NCBI GenBank assembly: GCA_963704755.1
Contig: OY969938.1
Span: 2,250,001-2,282,000 of the forward strand
DNA from: an uncultured Chloroflexia bacterium
GTDB lineage: Bacteria > Chloroflexota > Anaerolineae > Anaerolineales > Anaerolineaceae
DNA: 32,000 nt
Direction of reading: 5' to 3'
The notes under the pieces were generated by a model that saw only the letters and a program-made list of their open reading frames with translations, searched no databases and had not been told where the DNA came from. Positions 26,719-32,000 of this stretch are shown here, piece by piece (position 1 is the stretch's first letter; each line of letters starts with the position of its first letter). A program made the position numbers and the translations under genes.

Positions 26719-27540
26719 ATGCTTGCGGAAGATATTTCAGTAGAAAAACTGGTCGAGATCATCACCCGAGAGGTTATGGCGGCCATTCAGGAACAAAAAA
26801 GATTTGCCGGCGCGACGCCCGCCGCCCCGGTCAGCAGCGCGCCGGCGGGCAGCCTGGCCGGAATGATCGATCATACCCTGCTCAAGCCAGATGCCACCCC
26901 CGATCAGATCGCTCAATTGTGCTACGAAGCCCGCCAGTACGGCTTCGCTTCGGTCTGCATCAACCCGGCCTGGGTCGAGCTGTGCGCCCGCCTGTTGGCA
27001 GGCTCAGCGGTCAAAGTTTGCACGGTGATCGGTTTTCCCCTGGGGTCCAACGCCCCCGAAGTCAAAGCTTTCGAGGCCCGCAACGCCATCGATCATGGCG
27101 CCAGCGAGGTCGATATGGTGATCAATATCGGCGCGCTCAAAGCCTGCGACCTGGACCTGGTCGCCAGGGACATTCGTGGAGTTGTGGCTGAAGCCCATCC
27201 ACGCGGCGCACTGGTCAAAGTGATCCTCGAGACCGCCTTGTTGAGCGACGATGAAAAGGTCACCGCCTGCCAGCAGGCCAGGTTGGCCGGCGCCGATTTC
27301 GTCAAGACGTCCACCGGCTTTTCCGGCGGCGGGGCTACCGTCCACGACGTGGCCTTGATGCGCCGCACCGTCGGGCCGGAAATGGGAGTCAAGGCCTCCG
27401 GCGGGGTACACACCTATGCAGAAGCGGTAAGCCTGATCCAGGCCGGAGCGACCCGCATCGGGGCCAGCGCCGGGATCAAAATCATCCAGGGGGCCAACTC
27501 AGCCGAACCAGAAAAAGGAACGGAAAAGTCAGGCTATTAA
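26719..27540 (+). CDS. deoC: Deoxyribose-phosphate aldolase with a ~45-aa N-terminal extension
   Basis: Collinear with Bacillus Dra: [60 protein letters not shown] (Schiff-base Lys) and GVKASGG. A GAGGA RBS lies 8 nt before the ATG at 26719. Confidence 0.9.
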   Translation: MLAEDISVEKLVEIITREVMAAIQEQKRFAGATPAAPVSSAPAGSLAGMIDHTLLKPDATPDQIAQLCYEARQYGFASVCINPAWVELCARLLAGSAVKVCTVIGFPLGSNAPEVKAFEARNAIDHGASEVDMVINIGALKACDLDLVARDIRGVVAEAHPRGALVKVILETALLSDDEKVTACQQARLAGADFVKTSTGFSGGGATVHDVALMRRTVGPEMGVKASGGVHTYAEAVSLIQAGATRIGASAGIKIIQGANSAEPEKGTEKSGY

Positions 27541-27549
27541 ACCTGTATC

Positions 27550-27605
27550 CTGGCCTAGTTTTTGGCTGCATAAGCGCAGCCAAAAACCAGGCCAGGTAGA
27601 TTTTT
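27550..27605 (+). terminator. Rho-independent terminator candidate after deoC
   Basis: ctggcctagtttttggctgc - ataagc - gcagccaaaaaccaggccag (1 mismatch), followed by gtagattttt. Confidence 0.6.
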
Positions 27606-27868
27606 CCACTTGAATCCAACCCGGTAGCGGTTAACTCGAACGGCCGGGCGAAAAAGAAATCTCGCGCTTATCGATTTTGAAAGCTTTTTTCACCTGCGAA
27701 TTCATTATACTTAATCGGATTGTCATGGCTCATTATGGGCTGGTAAACCAGAAAGAGAGGTGTCCGCGGAAGGGAGCGTCCACAAGCCACCTCTCTTTCT
27801 ATGTTCCCCGGCCGGGGCCGCGAGCTATGGCAATTAAATCTTAATGGGGATCGATTTAATACCGGGAG

Positions 27869-29959
27869 ATGGGAATGAGACTTACCAACATCATAGCCAG
27901 CCTTAAACGTTTTGTCTATTGGGGGGATTCAGTTGTAAAAAAGCTAGAACGTGTAAAACCAAATATAATGCTCCAACAACTGGGAAGTTTTTTAATTGTG
28001 GTCGCCATCATGGTCGGCCTGGGTGCGTATTCGTTGGGGCAAATGCGATTGCTTAACCAGGAAACGGTCTACATCGGCGAAAAGACCGTTTCTAGCCTCA
28101 AGACGGTCAACAAAATATTCCTGACCATCGACAATTATCGCAGAATGCAGCTCCAGCATGTTCTCACCTCTGCGACTAAGGATCAAGACACCTACGAGTC
28201 GATGATGACCGAGGATGCCAGCCAGTTGGACGACCTGTTCAAATCCTACCAGGCGCTGGTTTCCGACCAACAGGACCAGAACTACCTGGATAATATCCGC
28301 CAGGTCTGGCAGCTCTATACCGAGCAGAGCAGCGGTTTTCTGGAACCAAGCCGCGCGCAGGACGATGCGACCGCCCTTACCTTCCTGATGAGCGACGCGA
28401 AGTCCACCTTTGACGGGATGACCGTCAAACTTCAGGAATGGGTAACCTACAATACCCAACTTTCCGACGATAAGATCACCGAAGCCGAGAAAACATTTAC
28501 CGTCGTCCGGCTGATTACTATCGGGATCATTGTCCTGGCCGCCCTGATTGCCTTGGGGCTGGGCTTCTTCCTGTCCCGCTCCCTGTCGAACGCGGCCAAA
28601 ATGATGGTGGCCGCGGCCAACCAGATCGCCGAGGTGGACCTGGCCGAGCTGCAGGTGGCCAGCAAAGCCCTGGCGGAAGGTGACCTGACCCAATCGATCA
28701 CGATCCATACCCAACTATTGAACTACAACTCGCGGGATGAGATGGGCGACCTGGCCCGCTCGTTCAACGCGATGATCAAACGCCTGCGCGAGACCGGGGT
28801 GGCGTTCGCAGAAATGTGCGATAACTTGCGTGAGACGATCTCACAGTTAGCCGAAAATGCCGCCAACTTGAGCGCCGCCTCCGGCCAGTTGGCCAACGCC
28901 GCGGACCAGTCCGGGCAGGCCGCCAACCAGATTGCTGCGACCATCCAGCAGGTAGCCAAAGGTACCGCCCAACAATCGGCCTCGGTCAACCAGACGGCCA
29001 TGTCGGTCGAACAGATGGCGCGCGCTATCGATGGGGTCGCTAAAGGCGCTCAGGATCAAAACCAGGCTGTCAGCCGGACCGCCGAACTCACCGGCCAGAT
29101 TTCTGCGGCTGTCCAACAGGTAGCCGCTAACGCTCAGGCCGGTACCCAGGGTACCCAAAAAGCAGCCGAAGTCGCCCAGTCCGGCGCACGGACGGTCTCG
29201 ACCGCCATCCAGGGCATGGGTATGATCCAGGCCAAGGTCAATCTCTCGGCTCAAAAAGTGAAGGAAATGGGCGCGCGCTCCGAACAGATCGAGGTGATCG
29301 TCGAGACGATCGATGACATCGCCAGCCAGACCAACCTGCTGGCGCTCAATGCGGCCATCGAAGCGGCCCGGGCCGGGGAACACGGCAAGGGCTTCGCCGT
29401 GGTCGCCGATGAGGTCCGCAAACTGGCCGAGCGCTCCAGCCAGGCCACCAAAGAGATCGGCGGGCTGGTCAAGGATATCCAGCGCACGGTCAATGAAGCG
29501 GTCAAGTCGATGAAAGAAGGCTCACTGCAGGTGGAGCAAGGGGTGAACCAGGCCAACGAGGCCGGCGACGCCCTCGAGCAGATTCTGGCCGCCTCTGAAG
29601 AAGTCAGCCGGCAGGTGAATGAGATTGCCACGGCAGCCGCTCAGATGAACACCCTATCCAGCGACCTGACGGCAGCCACGGACGCAGTCAGCGCCGTGGT
29701 CGAAGAGAACACCGCCGCCACCGAACAAATGGCCGCCGGATCGACCGAAATCACCCAATCCATCGAGAACATCGCCAGCGTGAGCGAAGAGAATGGGGCC
29801 GCGGTGGAAGAGGTCAGCGCCAGTGCCGAGGAAATGAGTTCGCAGGCCGAGGAAGTCAGCGCATCGGCCCAGTCGATGGCAGAGATGGCGGAAGCCTTGC
29901 AGGGCCTGGTGGCCCAGTTCAAACTTTCGAACGATGATGGCGCAGCCGCAAAAAATTAA
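27869..29959 (+). CDS. Methyl-accepting chemotaxis protein (4HB-type sensor, HAMP, MA domain)
   Basis: Two TM segments ([17 protein letters not shown] and [24 protein letters not shown]) flank a ~170-aa sensor. The HAMP region contains [13 protein letters not shown]. The signalling hairpin is [42 protein letters not shown]. The ATG at 27875 has the better GGGAG spacing. Confidence 0.9.
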   Translation: MGMRLTNIIASLKRFVYWGDSVVKKLERVKPNIMLQQLGSFLIVVAIMVGLGAYSLGQMRLLNQETVYIGEKTVSSLKTVNKIFLTIDNYRRMQLQHVLTSATKDQDTYESMMTEDASQLDDLFKSYQALVSDQQDQNYLDNIRQVWQLYTEQSSGFLEPSRAQDDATALTFLMSDAKSTFDGMTVKLQEWVTYNTQLSDDKITEAEKTFTVVRLITIGIIVLAALIALGLGFFLSRSLSNAAKMMVAAANQIAEVDLAELQVASKALAEGDLTQSITIHTQLLNYNSRDEMGDLARSFNAMIKRLRETGVAFAEMCDNLRETISQLAENAANLSAASGQLANAADQSGQAANQIAATIQQVAKGTAQQSASVNQTAMSVEQMARAIDGVAKGAQDQNQAVSRTAELTGQISAAVQQVAANAQAGTQGTQKAAEVAQSGARTVSTAIQGMGMIQAKVNLSAQKVKEMGARSEQIEVIVETIDDIASQTNLLALNAAIEAARAGEHGKGFAVVADEVRKLAERSSQATKEIGGLVKDIQRTVNEAVKSMKEGSLQVEQGVNQANEAGDALEQILAASEEVSRQVNEIATAAAQMNTLSSDLTAATDAVSAVVEENTAATEQMAAGSTEITQSIENIASVSEENGAAVEEVSASAEEMSSQAEEVSASAQSMAEMAEALQGLVAQFKLSNDDGAAAKN

Positions 29960-29986
29960 GACGCCAAGCGCATACCGGTAAATGCT

Positions 29987-30032
29987 ACAGGTGTTGGCGG
30001 GGGCTTCGCCCCCGCCAACACCTGTATTTTTT
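29987..30032 (+). terminator. Rho-independent terminator after the MCP gene, shared with the convergent aminotransferase gene
   Basis: acaggtgttggcgggggc - ttc - gcccccgccaacacctgt is a perfect 18-bp stem, followed by atttttt. The T-run overlaps the aminotransferase stop codon (30031..30033). Confidence 0.8.
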
Positions 30033-31146
30033 AATCAAGCCCGTTGAGGCTGCCGACTTTTTCCAGCGCCTCGCGGAAGTTCGCCCGCCCCAGGCCGATG
30101 CGGAAATGCCCGCCGGGGAAGTCGAACATGCTGCCGGGCACGATCATGACGCCCTGCTCATCCAGGGCCTGCCGGCAAAAATCATCCACCGTGCCAGGGC
30201 CAAGGTAGCGCGGGAAAGCAGTCGAGCCGGCCAGCGGCTGGAGCCATTCGAAGTGCTGCGGGCGAGCCATAAAAAACTGGCGGGCGGCCGCCAGGTTGGC
30301 CTGGACGATACCCAGGCTGCGCTCCGCCACCGTTTGCCAGGCGCCCAGGGCGATGCGCGCCAGTACTTCACTGGGGGCGCTGTTGCAAATGGTGGTGTAG
30401 TCCTTGAACGACTGGCAGCGCCGGATCAGGTCCTGGTCGCGGCTGGCCAGCCAGCCGATGCGCAGGCCGGGCATGGCAAAGGTCTTGGACAGGCCGCTAA
30501 GGGTGACGGCCCGCTCGTAGCGATCGCACAGGGCCGGCAAGCGCCGGGCCGGGTCGTGCTCGAGCAGGCGGTACATCTCGTCGGAAAAGACGTAAATGCC
30601 GCGTTTGCGCGCCATTGCGATGATCGCGGTCTGCTGGTCCAGGTCGAGCAGGTGACCGGTTGGATTGTGAGGAAAGTTGATCACGATCATCCGGGTATGC
30701 TCATCCAGGCTGGCCTCCAGCCGGTCCAGGTCCACCTGCCAGGCGCCGCCCTGGGCCTGCAGCGGCCAGGGTGTGACCCGGCAGCCGATCGCACCGGCCA
30801 GCTCGTACAGCGATTGGTAGGCCGGCGAGATCGCCACCACCCCATCGCCGGGCTCCAGTAGGGCGTACATCGCCAGAAAGATCAACTCCTCCGGCGCGGC
30901 GATCAGCACGTCGTCAATATTGATGGAGGTGTACAGGGCGGTGACCGCCTGGCGCAGCAGCGGGTCGCCGGACGATTCGGTGTAGCCCAGGCTGAGCTGC
31001 TCCCAGGCGCGTAGGTCATCCGCGGATGCCAGTGCCAGCAGGTCCTTGACCGGGAAAGCCTCGCAATCCGAGGGGCTGAGCAGGTAGCGGACCTTGAATT
31101 CATATTGCGCGAAATAGCGCTCGAGTTTGAAGGGGGGTAGGTTCAT
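30031..31146 (-). CDS. PLP-dependent aminotransferase, class I/II
   Basis: 371 aa. Motifs are INFPHNPTG and the SGLSKTFAMPGLRIGW PLP-lysine motif. The N-terminus is MNLPPFKLERYF. Confidence 0.85.
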   Translation of the reverse strand: MNLPPFKLERYFAQYEFKVRYLLSPSDCEAFPVKDLLALASADDLRAWEQLSLGYTESSGDPLLRQAVTALYTSINIDDVLIAAPEELIFLAMYALLEPGDGVVAISPAYQSLYELAGAIGCRVTPWPLQAQGGAWQVDLDRLEASLDEHTRMIVINFPHNPTGHLLDLDQQTAIIAMARKRGIYVFSDEMYRLLEHDPARRLPALCDRYERAVTLSGLSKTFAMPGLRIGWLASRDQDLIRRCQSFKDYTTICNSAPSEVLARIALGAWQTVAERSLGIVQANLAAARQFFMARPQHFEWLQPLAGSTAFPRYLGPGTVDDFCRQALDEQGVMIVPGSMFDFPGGHFRIGLGRANFREALEKVGSLNGLD

Positions 31147-31149
31147 GGG

Positions 31150-31236
31150 GGGAAGAGAAGAGATTAGGGAATAGAGAATAGTTAGCGGTTAGCGGTTAGC
31201 GGTTAGCTGTTAGGTGTTAGCTGTTAGCTGTTCGCC
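31150..31236 (+). repeat. Heptanucleotide tandem tract: AGAGAAT-type running into 8 GTTAGCG-type units
   Basis: gggaaga gaagaga ttaggga atagaga ata, then gttagcg x3, gttagct, gttaggt, gttagct x2 and gttcgcc (31181..31236). The tract abuts the aminotransferase ATG. Confidence 0.85.
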
Positions 31237-31291
31237 AGAAGATTAAGAGTATCGAAGGTAATTATAACGAAAAGACGACAATCTGCCAGCA

Positions 31292-31373
31292 TGTAGGTTG
31301 GGTTGCGGGTTCTTTTATGGCGCCGGCATGCGGAAGGGCTTCTGTTTTGCCGGGCTTTTCCCGTAACCCAACG
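31292..31373 (+). repeat. Variant GTAGG hairpin element (GTTGGGT/ACCCAAC stem)
   Basis: gtaggttgggttgcggg...cccgtaacccaac forms a 13-bp stem with one G-T pair. Confidence 0.7.
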
Positions 31374-31401
31374 GGAGATGATGGCCGGGGCTTCGCCCTC
31401 A

Positions 31402-32000
31402 GTAGCGTAGCTCGGGTTTCTAACCCGAGAAAGCGCCGGCCTGCCAGAACCCTGGCTAGGGAATCGGCTTTCGCCAAAAGAGAGACCCACGCAGGTGGGT
31501 CTTCGTGTACCTGTAGGTGCAGCTTTAGCTGTCGTAGACCCGGACAGAGATGCATGCCGAGCTACCCCCCGGCTTTGAAAGCCGGGCTACGCAGACGTAA
31601 GGCCCCGGCGACCGAGGTCGCGGCTGCAAAAAACACGAAGCCCGGCGCAGGCCGGGCTCAAGGTAGCGTAGCTCGGGTTTCAAACCCGAGAAAGCGCCGG
31701 CCTGCCACAACCCTGGCCAGGGAATCGGCTTCTGCCGAAAAGGAGACCCACGCAGGTGGGTCTTCGTGTACCTGTAGGTGCAGCTTTAGCTGTCGTAGAC
31801 CCGGCCAGAGATGCCGAGCTACCCCCCGGCTTAGAAAGCCGGGCTACGCAAACTCATCCCAACCTTCTTCCTGCGGAGGGCTCAAGGTAGCGTAGCTCGG
31901 GTTTCTAACCCGAGAAAGCGCCGGCCCGCCAGAACCCTGGCTAAGAGACCGGCTTTCGTCGAAAAGGAGACTCACGCAGGTGGGTCTTCGTGTACCTGTA
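31402..32000 (+). repeat. Mosaic multi-hairpin repeat array, at least 3 units (periods 261 and 224 bp), continuing past the window end
   Basis: ctcgggtttcYaacccgag occurs at 31411, 31672 and 31896. gagacYcacgcaggtgggtct lies 71-72 nt later in each unit. The modules gtaggtgcagctttagctg, ctaccccccggctttgaaagccgggctac, gcgaccgaggtcgc and agcccggcgcaggccgggct are also present. Confidence 0.95.

Overview
This is a bacterial chromosomal window of about 60% GC with 17 protein-coding genes, 13 of them on the minus strand. I see no rRNA, tRNA or CRISPR. Gene content and repeat vocabulary look Chloroflexota-like, but that is inference only.

Housekeeping and signalling genes are present: holA, radA, tyrS, deoC, a class I/II aminotransferase, a methyl-accepting chemotaxis protein and an FHA/PP2C pair. 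They are interleaved with two very large secreted proteins:
- A partial M23 peptidase of more than 1,125 aa (1..3384, minus). It is absent from the ORF track because it runs off the window.
- A 1,667-aa GLUG/LamG/Ig/cadherin-like surface protein (11215..16218, minus). It ends in an LPATG sorting motif followed directly by a complete sortase catalytic domain. This puts enzyme and substrate in one polypeptide, and it is my top candidate for something new.

Nearly every intergenic gap longer than about 150 bp is filled with structured repeats. Together they cover roughly 4 kb, about 13% of the window, and fall into at least five families:
1. Mosaic arrays of six small hairpin modules with a 224-261 bp period, at three loci.
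2. An ~85-nt GTAGGGTGGGT...CCCGTAACCCACC hairpin element. It occurs in alternating orientation (BIME-like) and shows compensatory stem variants.
3. Heptanucleotide tandem tracts (GTTAGCG and AGAGAAT types).
4. A CCGTGG-type element that brackets a GxxExxY nuclease gene and supplies stop codons to neighbouring genes.
5. Long hairpins with a shared GCGGG-TTC-CCCGC apex.

Other points worth a second look:
- DeoC carries an N-terminal extension resembling a microcompartment encapsulation peptide.
- tyrS is split by a 1-nt frame change.
- The M23 gene has an in-frame TGA at codon 3.
- A small membrane protein carries an AlaX/tRNA_SAD-like HxxxH...CGT motif.

All calls come from reading the sequence and the ORF translations. 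No database search was run.
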